From Nanopusillaceae archaeon (lineage in GTDB: Archaea > Nanobdellota > Nanobdellia > Nanobdellales > Nanobdellaceae): DNA of 32,000 bases. Made by a program: the position numbers and the translations under genes. This document shows, in pieces, positions 16,292 to 25,923 of this stretch. How positions within the stretch are numbered: the stretch's first letter is position 1; the number at the start of each line of letters is the position of its first letter. The stretch covers positions 25,719-57,718 of the forward strand of contig JBMFJD010000007.1 in assembly GCA_049974095.1 (NCBI GenBank), given 5' to 3'. Below the pieces are notes generated by a model. That model saw only the letters and a program-made list of their open reading frames with translations. It made no database searches and was not told the origin of the DNA.

Positions 16292-17140
16292 ATGAGTGGA
16301 TTTATTGATAATTTTTTTGAAGGAATAGAAAAAGATATATTAGCTGCTGGAATAAAAAAAAGTATTTCAGATTATATTAAAGATGCTAAATTATACTCAA
16401 TATCTATTGGTTTTTCATTTGCAATTTTTTCTTTTTTTATATTATTAATTTTATTAATAAAAGTAATTGGCCAATTTAATATATTTATTCCTTTAATTTT
16501 CTCAATATTTTTTGGATTCTTAGGATTTTTCTTTGGATTATTTTTCTTTAGAAATTATCCAAAACTAGTTAAAAGTGAAAGAGAAAGGAAAATAAATAAT
16601 TCATTATATTATGCTGTACTATATATGGCATCTTTAGCTTCTTCCGGCGTAAATCCAAAATCTATATTTGAATTATTATCGAAATATAATGAATTTTCAG
16701 AAATAAAAAAAGAAGCTGAAGAAATAATATATTATGTAGATACTTTAGGTTTATCTTTACCATTAGCTTTAAAGAGAAAAGCAGAATATTCTCCTTCAAG
16801 AGAATGGTCTTCTATATTAGAAGGAATAAGATCAATAATCGTAGAAGGTGGAGATTTAGAAAAATATTTATATGAACAAGCAAGAAGATTGGCAGAAGAA
16901 TATAAAAGAAAAATAATTGAATATTCAAATAATTTACAAATCTTCCTAGAAATATATATTACATTAATAGTTGTTGGTATAATATTTGTAATAATTTTAA
17001 CAACATTAATGGGTTCTATTGCTGGAACAAATAGTGCATATATAGAATCATTACAATTAATGAGTATATTATTATTATTACCTTTAGGAACAATATTATT
17101 TGTTATATTGTTAAAATCTATGAATCCATTTGAGACATAA
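16292..17140 (+). CDS. type IV pilus/archaellum platform protein, single T2SSF domain (FlaJ/TadB-like)
   Basis: NNSLYYAVLYMASLASSGVNPKSIFELL...LGLSLPLALKRKAEYSPSREWSSILEGIRSIIVEGGDLEKYLYEQARRL matches the FlaJ/PilC/TadC cytoplasmic domain, and it is flanked by TM helices. Confidence 0.75.
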   Translation: MSGFIDNFFEGIEKDILAAGIKKSISDYIKDAKLYSISIGFSFAIFSFFILLILLIKVIGQFNIFIPLIFSIFFGFLGFFFGLFFFRNYPKLVKSERERKINNSLYYAVLYMASLASSGVNPKSIFELLSKYNEFSEIKKEAEEIIYYVDTLGLSLPLALKRKAEYSPSREWSSILEGIRSIIVEGGDLEKYLYEQARRLAEEYKRKIIEYSNNLQIFLEIYITLIVVGIIFVIILTTLMGSIAGTNSAYIESLQLMSILLLLPLGTILFVILLKSMNPFET

Positions 17141-17797
17141 CTATTTTCTAATAGAATACAAATATAATATATTTTTAACAACTTGTTGTGTATTATATAC
17201 CATTATATTTCCATTCTTTAGTCCATCCTTTATTATTTTTATAATATCCAAATTCTCATTCTTCAATCCATCTTCTATTTCATTTGCTATAGAGGAACTT
17301 ATATATATTATTAATGTTGTATTCATATTATTGATATAACTTATAGGTATATTTGTTATACCATTTTCTGTAAATGTAAACGCTCCACAAGAATTTTGGA
17401 GACAAAAAATAAATGAATATTGAGGATATATCTCACTCAATTGTTCATAATATAATTCATAATTTGCTCTAATTATAGAATTATTCAAAATATAATTATC
17501 TACAAAATATATAAATTTTATAGATTCGTTTGGATCAGAAAAATTTAATTTTTCATTTTTTAATATTCCATTGAGAGAAATCTGTAATAAATCAGATCCT
17601 GTTATATTTAATTCATAGTACTTTATTATTTCTGTACCATTTGATGTTATATTTTCTACATAAGGAAATTCTAATTTATATATTGGATAAAATAGATATC
17701 TATATATTATTGAAATTATTATAAGAGAAAGAGTAAATATTATTAAAAAAACAATAAATTTATCTTTAATAGATGACCTCCTCAATATTTCTTTCAT
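17141..17797 (-). CDS. hypothetical membrane-anchored, probably extracellular glycoprotein
   Basis: N-terminal anchor FIVFLIIFTLSLIIISIIY, then an Asn/Ser-rich domain with about 7 sequons. Its start overlaps the ndk 3' end by 32 nt. Its stop abuts the stop of the convergent platform gene. Confidence 0.4.
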   Translation of the reverse strand: MKEILRRSSIKDKFIVFLIIFTLSLIIISIIYRYLFYPIYKLEFPYVENITSNGTEIIKYYELNITGSDLLQISLNGILKNEKLNFSDPNESIKFIYFVDNYILNNSIIRANYELYYEQLSEIYPQYSFIFCLQNSCGAFTFTENGITNIPISYINNMNTTLIIYISSSIANEIEDGLKNENLDIIKIIKDGLKNGNIMVYNTQQVVKNILYLYSIRK

Positions 17798-18359
17798 AAT
17801 TGTATATTTCTTCTAAATTAAATAGAATAAATATTTCCCTCATTGCATCTTTTTCTGTCTCAGAAGCATGAACAACATTCCTTAATACTATTTTATTCCA
17901 ATTTGCATATGCAATTGATACATGCGCATAATCTCCTCTTATAGTACCTGGCGGCGCTTTTAATGGTTCTGTAGGACCAACTATTTTCCTAACAACTTCA
18001 ACAGCATTAACTCCTTCTAAAACAATTGCAACAACAGGACCTGAAGTAATAAAATCTATTAACCATCCTCTTATTATTTTTCCTATTTGCTTCTGATCAT
18101 CTGTTCCAAATTCTTTTACAGGATCTAATCCCATTTCTTTATATCTTGTTAATGTTTTATTTCCTACACTTTCTAACCATTTATCATCAGCATAATAAAA
18201 TTCTTCTGCTTGTTTTTTAGTCAATTTTATCATTTTTAATCCTAATATTTTTAATCCTGCTCTTTCAAATCTTGAAATTATTTCTCCAACAATTCCTCTT
18301 TTTACACTATCTGGCTTTATTACTACTAGGGTTTTTTGTATTAAACTTTTTCCATTCAT
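17766..18359 (-). CDS. ndk: nucleoside diphosphate kinase (long form with insertions)
   Basis: [55 protein letters not shown], and the catalytic-His block RNVVHASET. About 40 extra residues relative to 140-150 aa NDKs. Confidence 0.85.
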   Translation of the reverse strand: MNGKSLIQKTLVVIKPDSVKRGIVGEIISRFERAGLKILGLKMIKLTKKQAEEFYYADDKWLESVGNKTLTRYKEMGLDPVKEFGTDDQKQIGKIIRGWLIDFITSGPVVAIVLEGVNAVEVVRKIVGPTEPLKAPPGTIRGDYAHVSIAYANWNKIVLRNVVHASETEKDAMREIFILFNLEEIYNYERNIEEVIY

Positions 18360-18553
18360 CCCTTATTATAATACAATGTCCACTTCAATCCTCTATTATC
18401 TCTCTTCATTTCCCAGTTTCTATAACATTTTCTACTACAAAAATGTAATATTTTACCATCATTTAATACATACATAAATCCTGTACCAGGTTCTATTTCT
18501 CTTCCGCAATATATACATCTATTTTTTACTACCATTTTAGTCTTTCTTTTCAA
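18356..18553 (-). CDS. rpl24e: ribosomal protein eL24
   Basis: [31 protein letters not shown] is the L24e zinc-ribbon core. The internal ATG at 18535 (MVVKNRC...) is an equally plausible start and would remove the overlap with rps28e. Confidence 0.85.
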   Translation of the reverse strand: MKRKTKMVVKNRCIYCGREIEPGTGFMYVLNDGKILHFCSRKCYRNWEMKRDNRGLKWTLYYNKG

Positions 18554-18830
18554 TTGGCATAGCAGATATTTCTGTTTCCCTTAATAAAATAATATCTCCC
18601 TTTCTAATAGGTCCTATAGCATTTCTTCTTAATATCTTTCCAGCATCAGGTCCATCAACTATCCTTACTATAACATGAGTTGCCTCCCCTCTCATACCTG
18701 TCCTTCCAACAACATCAACAATTTCTGCTCTATATGCTTTTCCCCACGTTACTATATTTTCTTTTATAACATTATCTTCAGCATGTTTAATACCTTCTTC
18801 AGATGTTTTTGTCGTAACTTTTTTTGGCAT
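18537..18830 (-). CDS. rps28e: ribosomal protein eS28 (with ~30-aa N-terminal extension)
   Basis: [53 protein letters not shown] matches the S28e core. The conserved archaeal order S28e-L24e-ndk supports the call. Confidence 0.85.
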   Translation of the reverse strand: MPKKVTTKTSEEGIKHAEDNVIKENIVTWGKAYRAEIVDVVGRTGMRGEATHVIVRIVDGPDAGKILRRNAIGPIRKGDIILLRETEISAMPIEKKD

Positions 18831-18882
18831 TTATTTAAATGTTATAAAATATTTTTTAAACTTTTTATTTAATTATTTACAA

Positions 18883-21800
18883 ATGAACTTCTTAAGACTA
18901 AAAAAGGAACATTTAATAGAGATACTAATAATAATATTTGTATTTTTATTTACATTGGGTACAAAGGGTTTATTGATGAATACTTTGGGAAATTATAATT
19001 TAGTTGGTCCAGATGCTTATTTATTCTTTAAATATTTTGAATCCCTAATATATAATCATATTGTTTCAACAATAACGTATCATCTAAATTATCCATTACC
19101 ATTTATATATGATAATAAAGATTTAGTAATATATTTTTCTTATTTATCATATATTATTTTTACAAACTTTCCATCTCAAACTCTTTTCTTTTTATCTTTA
19201 TTAGGAGTACATCCTGCAGCTACAATTCCCACTTGGTTATCTGCAGATTTTACAAATGCACTTGTACCAGCAATATCAGCAATAATATTTTACTTCCTTT
19301 CTAAAAACATCTTAAATGATAAATATCTTGCTCTATTATCTTCAATAATTTTTGCTATAAATCCATTTTTAACATCAAGGTTAGTATTATTTGATACAGA
19401 ACTTGGTGCTATTATATTTATTGTCTTATCTTTTTACTTAATATTAAAATATTTAGATGCCAAAAGTGAAAATAATAAATATAAAAGATACTCATTGATA
19501 TTATATTCGCTAATTACCTTAATAATATTTTATAAGACATCATTATTAATAAATCCGGATTTATATCTAACATTAGAACTATTCTTATTCTTTTTTATTC
19601 TTCTATTTCTATATCCAGTATTTAAAGGAACAAAAGAATATTATTTAACATTATTAGTATTTTCTACTGCGCTAGCTAGAAAAGGTTGGGGAGGGTGGAT
19701 TATTATACCAATGATATTTGGATTAACATTATTAATAAGATTCTTTTATAATAGAGATTATAAAGAAGCTTACTTCTATTTACCATATATAGGATTTACA
19801 GGAATATTAGATAATGAATTAAGTTATTATTTATTTTTATCCTCTCACAATTTATTATTCGAGTCATCCTTAATTATTTTATATATATATGATATAATAA
19901 AGAATACAAAAATATTTGAAAAATTGAATGTTTTAACTATTGGAAAAATAATAAAAGACAGTGAAGTTTCAAAGAGAATTTTATTATTTATTATAATACT
20001 TATATCATCTTTACCAATGCTTTTACAAAAAGTATTAGATAAATTTTTAATAAATCCATTTACAGCATCTAGGATGGGATCTACTATTGCAGAATTTCAA
20101 CCAACTCCAGCATCATATTACTTTAGTTTATTTGGATCTGTAGGAGTTATATTTACATACTTAGGTCTTGGATATTTAATATTTAATAAAGAAAAACCAA
20201 AGAAATATTTATTTGCAGAATATATATTTATATTTTTATTATCAGCATCCGAAATTATATTAACTTCTAATATAGCATTAATAATTACTTATTTAATTAT
20301 ATTTACAATAGTAATGTTATCTATTGGAAAAAATGAAAAGAAATATTCTTTAGAATCTATATTTGAAGTATGGACATTATCTATAGCAATGCATTTTATT
20401 GTATTTTCAGATATTGTAATAAGTGGCCAATTTATTAGTATATTCTTATCTTGGATCTTATTCTTCTTATTTATCTTACCATATATTGTTATCAATAATA
20501 GAAATTTAACCGACAAAGAGATTTTTGCCTTATCTCTAAGTTTCTTAACAATTATTGTCGGAAAATATATATATAGATTAATATATTATGCTGGATTTTC
20601 TTTACCGTTATTATATGGATATGGTATAAAAGTTTTTGATTTATTTAAAGAATATTATGAGAAGATGAAAACAAATATTGGAGAATCTATAAATTTACTT
20701 ATTCTTACATTATCATCTATATCTTCAATTTCATTATTTATTCTAACTAAGATTTTCCTAATTTTGCTCCCACTATTTTTCTTAATTGGATATATAATAT
20801 ATATATTTGTTATTGAAGAGAAAGAAAATAAAGATATTAATTTTAATGTATTAAAATATAGTATAATTATTTTATCAATTTTTGGAATATCAATTGCTTT
20901 TAATAATATATATGGCGCCCCTGGATATATTTTAAACTATTTCACACCTTTATATACTGGTGGGACACCATTATATGAAATACTAGCATTTAATTGGATA
21001 AACCAAAATACTTCTTCTAATTCAATAATAAATTCTTGGTGGGATTATGGATATTATATATATGTTTTAGGAAATAGAGCAGCATGGATAAATGGAGCAA
21101 ATAACTTCCCATATTGGAATCATTTAATGGGAAGGTATGGATTATCTTCAGATAACATTACACAAACTTTGCAACTATTTTATGTACATGCTGACTATAA
21201 TTATCAAACATTTAAGACATTAGAATCATTTAATGAAAATTCTATATTTTATAATTATTTATATAAAGATTTAGGATTTAATGAAACTGAGATAAAAGAA
21301 ATTGAAGAATTAAAAAATTCATTGGGATATGATAATTGGATAAATTTATTATATACATTTAATGGATCTCCAGAATCAATAGAACAATTTAATTTATCTA
21401 AAGAAGATATAAAATTATTAGAAAAATTATACAATATGAATTATTTAAGACCTGCATATTTATATATAGATCCAACAGATATTGGAAAATCATTTGCATT
21501 TCAATTTTTAGGTTCTAATGAGAGTTATGATAAAGAATCATGGATATCGCAGTTTGCTTCTGGATCACAACAAAATCCAGGCTTAAATATTCCTTCCATT
21601 TATTATGATGGATATTATATATTTGCTCAAAATAATAGTCTATTTTACTTCGGTCAAGAACCATTAGATCAAGATTTAAATATTAATGGAACTGTAATAC
21701 CAAGATGTATATATGTCCAAAATTTAGGAATAATAAATCAAAATAGTTGCGGTTATATTGTTGCAGCCCAATTATTATTTAATCAGCCAATAGTTACTCA

Positions 21801-22329
21801 AAATGGAATATATGTATCTCTAAATGTAAATAATATTAATCCTGATAATTTAGAAAATGCATATGTATATATATATTATCCAGTAACAAATCAAGAATAT
21901 AAATTAACTTTAAAGTATATTGAATTAGATGGTGTATTAATAACATTTAATAATGCAACTTATGGAGGATTATTATATGTAACTCCAATAATATATTTAC
22001 TTTCTCAAAATAATCCATTAGGAGAATTTTTATATGCATATTTCATTTCTCAAAAAGCAACAGAATATGACTGGGTACAATTATATTTCTTAAATAATGA
22101 TTATAATGGAACATTTAACTTAATATATTATACAAATCAGCAATATGGATTACCTCCAGTAATATATAATGATGCTACTCCAGCAAAAGTATGGAAAATT
22201 AATTTTCCAGAAAACTTTACAGTACCAGATTACTTATATTGTTTATATCTAGCAACAAATTTAGAACAAATAAATGAATGTGCAAAAATATACAATTTAA
22301 AACCATATTCTAACTTTTATGATGTATGA
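18883..22329 (+). CDS. aglB: dolichyl-(mono/di)phosphooligosaccharide-protein glycosyltransferase AglB (STT3 family), unusually long
   Basis: The WWDYGYY motif is at aa 719-725 (nt 21037..21057). The first-loop motif context is GPDAYLF. There is a very long multi-TM N-terminal region and a ~425-aa C-terminal soluble domain. Confidence 0.9.
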   Translation: MNFLRLKKEHLIEILIIIFVFLFTLGTKGLLMNTLGNYNLVGPDAYLFFKYFESLIYNHIVSTITYHLNYPLPFIYDNKDLVIYFSYLSYIIFTNFPSQTLFFLSLLGVHPAATIPTWLSADFTNALVPAISAIIFYFLSKNILNDKYLALLSSIIFAINPFLTSRLVLFDTELGAIIFIVLSFYLILKYLDAKSENNKYKRYSLILYSLITLIIFYKTSLLINPDLYLTLELFLFFFILLFLYPVFKGTKEYYLTLLVFSTALARKGWGGWIIIPMIFGLTLLIRFFYNRDYKEAYFYLPYIGFTGILDNELSYYLFLSSHNLLFESSLIILYIYDIIKNTKIFEKLNVLTIGKIIKDSEVSKRILLFIIILISSLPMLLQKVLDKFLINPFTASRMGSTIAEFQPTPASYYFSLFGSVGVIFTYLGLGYLIFNKEKPKKYLFAEYIFIFLLSASEIILTSNIALIITYLIIFTIVMLSIGKNEKKYSLESIFEVWTLSIAMHFIVFSDIVISGQFISIFLSWILFFLFILPYIVINNRNLTDKEIFALSLSFLTIIVGKYIYRLIYYAGFSLPLLYGYGIKVFDLFKEYYEKMKTNIGESINLLILTLSSISSISLFILTKIFLILLPLFFLIGYIIYIFVIEEKENKDINFNVLKYSIIILSIFGISIAFNNIYGAPGYILNYFTPLYTGGTPLYEILAFNWINQNTSSNSIINSWWDYGYYIYVLGNRAAWINGANNFPYWNHLMGRYGLSSDNITQTLQLFYVHADYNYQTFKTLESFNENSIFYNYLYKDLGFNETEIKEIEELKNSLGYDNWINLLYTFNGSPESIEQFNLSKEDIKLLEKLYNMNYLRPAYLYIDPTDIGKSFAFQFLGSNESYDKESWISQFASGSQQNPGLNIPSIYYDGYYIFAQNNSLFYFGQEPLDQDLNINGTVIPRCIYVQNLGIINQNSCGYIVAAQLLFNQPIVTQNGIYVSLNVNNINPDNLENAYVYIYYPVTNQEYKLTLKYIELDGVLITFNNATYGGLLYVTPIIYLLSQNNPLGEFLYAYFISQKATEYDWVQLYFLNNDYNGTFNLIYYTNQQYGLPPVIYNDATPAKVWKINFPENFTVPDYLYCLYLATNLEQINECAKIYNLKPYSNFYDV

Positions 22330-23329
22330 AAATTATTTAATTGCTTTATTACCTTTATTAATTTCTTTTTTTATAACATATTATTTAGTAAAAAAATGGA
22401 TACCAATTGCACATAAAGAAGGATATGTTGGAAAAGATATGAATAAATATAATAAACCAGAAATTGCAGAAATAGGAGGATTATATTCAATAATAGGAAT
22501 AATATTTGGAATTTTATTGTATGTAGGGTTAAAAGTATATATATTTCATACGACAGAAGATCTTGTACAAGTATTTGCAATATTAACTACATTATCTTTA
22601 GTTACTATATTAGGACTATTTGATGATATTTTAGGATGGAAAAGAGGATTGAAACCATGGGAAAAACCTTTGTTATCATTTATTTTAGCATTACCTTTAA
22701 TGATAATATCAGCAGGAACACCAACAATGAATTTTCCATTTATAGGACAAGTTAATTTTGGTATATTGTATCCATTATTAATTGTCCCAATTGCAATAAT
22801 GGGTGCTTCAAATGGTTTTAATATGTTAGCAGGATATAATGGATTAGAAGCATCTATGGGAATAATATTAATTGGATCATCAGGTTTAGAACTATTTTTA
22901 TTAGGACAATACTATTTAGCAGAAATTGCATTAATTTCTATATTCTCAATTATTGCATTTTTAATATTTAACTGGTATCCTGCAAAAGTATTCCCAGGAA
23001 ATTCCTTTACATATGGAATAGGAGCACTATTTGGAACATTAGTAATATTGGGAAATATTGAACAATTTGGAGTAATATTATTTGCATTGTATTTCTTAGA
23101 ATTGATATTATTTATTAGAGGATTATTAAATCATGCATATAAGGAGAATTTCGGAATACCAAACGAAAAAAATGAATTAAATGAACCATATAACAAATCT
23201 TATAGTGTTACACATTTAGCAATAAAATTAGACAAGAAAATATTTGGAAGAGCAACAGAAAAATCTGTAGTTTTGACAATATTATTATTACAAATAGTAA
23301 TAACAATAATAGCATTTATATATGGTTAA
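22319..23329 (+). CDS. aglH: UDP-GlcNAc:dolichyl-phosphate GlcNAc-1-phosphate transferase-like (MraY/WecA/Alg7 family)
   Basis: LGLFDDILGW, ASNGFNMLAGYNGLEA and NWYPAKVFPGNSFTYGIGALFG are the family motifs. About 10 TM helices. 11-nt overlap with aglB. Confidence 0.8.
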   Translation: MMYENYLIALLPLLISFFITYYLVKKWIPIAHKEGYVGKDMNKYNKPEIAEIGGLYSIIGIIFGILLYVGLKVYIFHTTEDLVQVFAILTTLSLVTILGLFDDILGWKRGLKPWEKPLLSFILALPLMIISAGTPTMNFPFIGQVNFGILYPLLIVPIAIMGASNGFNMLAGYNGLEASMGIILIGSSGLELFLLGQYYLAEIALISIFSIIAFLIFNWYPAKVFPGNSFTYGIGALFGTLVILGNIEQFGVILFALYFLELILFIRGLLNHAYKENFGIPNEKNELNEPYNKSYSVTHLAIKLDKKIFGRATEKSVVLTILLLQIVITIIAFIYG

Positions 23330-25097
23330 ATTAGTTTATATTTTTTTAAAGAAAAATAAAGAAAAATTACTTTATAATTTGTCTATATTAGATAGTTTCT
23401 GTAAAAAGAATAATATAGAATTAATTTGTATAACCAAAAAAGAAAATAGGGATTATATTTTAAAGATAAAAAAAATAATAAATGCAAAATTTTATTTAGT
23501 AGAAAATGAAAAAGATATAAGAAAGATAAAATTCGATGATAAAATAATATTGATTTATAATGAATTAAATCTCAACTTAAAAGAAATAAAAAATAATATT
23601 GAAAAAATAGAAAAAAATAATATAATAATATTTAAAAATAGGATATTTGATATTTCACTAATTAATCCATTTGTTGTTCTTGGAAAAAATATAAGATTAT
23701 ATGAAAACTTTCTTCTAGAGTATTTCATAAACAAAAGAAAATATATTGAAAGTAATTATAAAATAAAGAATTTACTTTATGTATTTTTTATTAATTTTTA
23801 TATTTTCTTAAAAAAATCTTTTTTTATTTTAGATAAATTATTAAAAAGAAAATTCATAAAAGATTATATAAATGAAAAAATTGGATTATTATCATATAAA
23901 CTTATTACATTTTTATTAGTAATATTATTAGCCAGAATTTTAACACCAGAGTTCTATGGAACATATGTAACAATATATAATTTTATTTTACTTTTTTCTG
24001 GTTTTATTGGATCATCAAATATTATTTTAGAAAAATATATTAGTGAAAATATAGAAAAAAGAGATGAACAAAAAAAATATTTAAAAATTGATATATATAT
24101 TAAATTATTATTTTCTCTTATTTCATTAATTATAATTTTTATCTTACTTCCAGGATTGTTAAATAATATATTTTATTCTTATTCATCTATATATGTTTTT
24201 TTAGCACTAATTATTTCTATTTTAATAGCATTGGATGGAATAGGATTTTCTATTCTTTATTCCTATCTTAGAATAAAAGAGGCTAGAAATTTATATATTT
24301 TAGAAGCAATATTAAAGTTCTCTTTTGTTTTATTTCTTTCATTTTTATATAGGAAAGATGGATTTATATTTGGTTTATTGCTAGCATATCTATTATTTGA
24401 TTTAACAATTATTTTTATGATTATAAGAAAATATCCAGATTTCTTAAATTTCTTTAAAGAAAAAATAAGCAAACAAGTATTTAAGAAATATTTATCTTCA
24501 ATTTTTTATATTAGTTTACCTCCTTTATTATTCAATTTTTATTCTGCAATAGATATACAAATATTAAGAATATTTACAACATTTAAAGATGTAGGATATT
24601 TTTATAATGCTTTAATAATTACAGGTACTATCTCTTCTGTTTTTTCAATTTTTGGAATTACATTACCAAGAATTTTAAGATGGGAAAAAGAAAAAATAAA
24701 AAATAGGGTATATAAAATAGTAGGGATACAATTAATAATAAATATAATTTTATATGGTTTGCTAATACTAATCTCTCCATATTTAATTACTTTATTCTTT
24801 GGTCCATCATACATTTTATCTGCAGAACTATTAAAATACGTTGGAATAATTTTAATTATACAATCCTTTAGTATATTTTCCTTAATTTTATATAGATCTG
24901 GATATGAAAAATATTATTCAATTTATGCAGTTACTTCATCAATTTTATCAATTATTTTAGACTTAATATTAATATCAAGATTTAAATTATATGGAGCAGT
25001 TGCATCTGCAATTCTTGGAAACATATTTAATGTTTTAATAGCATACATTATTTATGAAAAAGCATACAATAATATCACTTCCAGATCTATTTCTTGA
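23322..25097 (+). CDS. oligosaccharide flippase (Wzx/MOP superfamily, AglR-like) with ~180-aa N-terminal extension
   Basis: From about aa 180 onward there are 12-14 hydrophobic helices with the typical start ...LLVILLARILTPEFYGTYV. The N-terminal 180 aa are Lys/Asn/Ile-rich with one hydrophobic segment. 8-nt overlap with the upstream gene. Confidence 0.6.
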   Translation: MVKLVYIFLKKNKEKLLYNLSILDSFCKKNNIELICITKKENRDYILKIKKIINAKFYLVENEKDIRKIKFDDKIILIYNELNLNLKEIKNNIEKIEKNNIIIFKNRIFDISLINPFVVLGKNIRLYENFLLEYFINKRKYIESNYKIKNLLYVFFINFYIFLKKSFFILDKLLKRKFIKDYINEKIGLLSYKLITFLLVILLARILTPEFYGTYVTIYNFILLFSGFIGSSNIILEKYISENIEKRDEQKKYLKIDIYIKLLFSLISLIIIFILLPGLLNNIFYSYSSIYVFLALIISILIALDGIGFSILYSYLRIKEARNLYILEAILKFSFVLFLSFLYRKDGFIFGLLLAYLLFDLTIIFMIIRKYPDFLNFFKEKISKQVFKKYLSSIFYISLPPLLFNFYSAIDIQILRIFTTFKDVGYFYNALIITGTISSVFSIFGITLPRILRWEKEKIKNRVYKIVGIQLIINIILYGLLILISPYLITLFFGPSYILSAELLKYVGIILIIQSFSIFSLILYRSGYEKYYSIYAVTSSILSIILDLILISRFKLYGAVASAILGNIFNVLIAYIIYEKAYNNITSRSIS

Positions 25098-25923
25098 TAT
25101 AATAACAAAAAGAATTGATATAAATAAAAAAACTGGAAATATTAATCAAAATACAATATTAAAAATTGGAGGAAATGCCTCTAATTTTTCTATAGCATTA
25201 TCAAAATTAAATATTGAAAATATATTAATTGTAGGATGTAATAAAATATCTGAATTAATTTTAAGAGAATATATAAAAGAAAATAAATTAAAAATAAGAT
25301 TTATACCAATATATAAAGATATATCTATTACTATAAGTTTGGAAGGAGAAGATAGAGTCATGATAACAGATCCTAAGGGAATACAAATAGGAAAAGATGA
25401 TATAAAAAAATATGAAAAAATAATAAAAAAAGCAAAATATATTTTCTTTGGAAATTGGAACAACAATAAAAAATCAAATGAATTATTAGAATATATTTTA
25501 GATATAAATAAAGGAAAAATATATTTAGATATTGGAGATCCATCAGTGAATATAGAGAATTTAAATAAATTAATTGAAATATTAAAAGAAAGAAAAATAT
25601 GGGTATTAAGTTTAAATGATTACGAATTAAAATTTTTGGGAGATTTTCTAAAAATAGATTATTCCGATATAAAAGATTTGGCAAAGAAAATATATTCTTT
25701 GTTAAATATTGAAAATTTAGATATTCATTCTCCAGATTTTGTTTATTCGTTACCTTCAGATAAATATATCAAAATAAATAAAGTAGAACCAAAGATTTTA
25801 ACTGGAGCTGGAGATTATTGGAATGCAGGAAACTTTTATGGATATATAAATAATTTTAATAATGAAGAAAGATTAAATTTTGCCAATGAATTTGCTAAAA
25901 AATATATCTTAAATCAATTATAG
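25054..25923 (+). CDS. PfkB-family carbohydrate/nucleoside kinase
   Basis: N-terminal IGGNASNFSIALSKLN (GG motif) and C-terminal ILTGAGDYWNAGNFYG (PfkB signature 2, xTGAGD). It overlaps the flippase gene by 44 nt. Confidence 0.75.
   Translation: MKKHTIISLPDLFLDIITKRIDINKKTGNINQNTILKIGGNASNFSIALSKLNIENILIVGCNKISELILREYIKENKLKIRFIPIYKDISITISLEGEDRVMITDPKGIQIGKDDIKKYEKIIKKAKYIFFGNWNNNKKSNELLEYILDINKGKIYLDIGDPSVNIENLNKLIEILKERKIWVLSLNDYELKFLGDFLKIDYSDIKDLAKKIYSLLNIENLDIHSPDFVYSLPSDKYIKINKVEPKILTGAGDYWNAGNFYGYINNFNNEERLNFANEFAKKYILNQL

Noticed and set aside
16732-17339. ORFs 16732..17181 (-) and 17130..17339 (+) overlapping the platform gene and the membrane-protein gene
   Set aside because: Both are antisense to ORFs that have recognisable domains or a membrane-protein layout. 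Their Ile/Asn/Phe-rich low-complexity products are typical of shadow frames in AT-rich DNA.
17766-18359. Extra ~40 residues in Ndk considered as a novel domain
   Set aside because: The extra residues fall in surface-loop regions. The catalytic His block (NVVHASET) and the nucleotide-binding blocks are intact. To my recollection, insertions at similar positions occur in NDKs of some hyperthermophilic archaea. This makes it low priority without an alignment.
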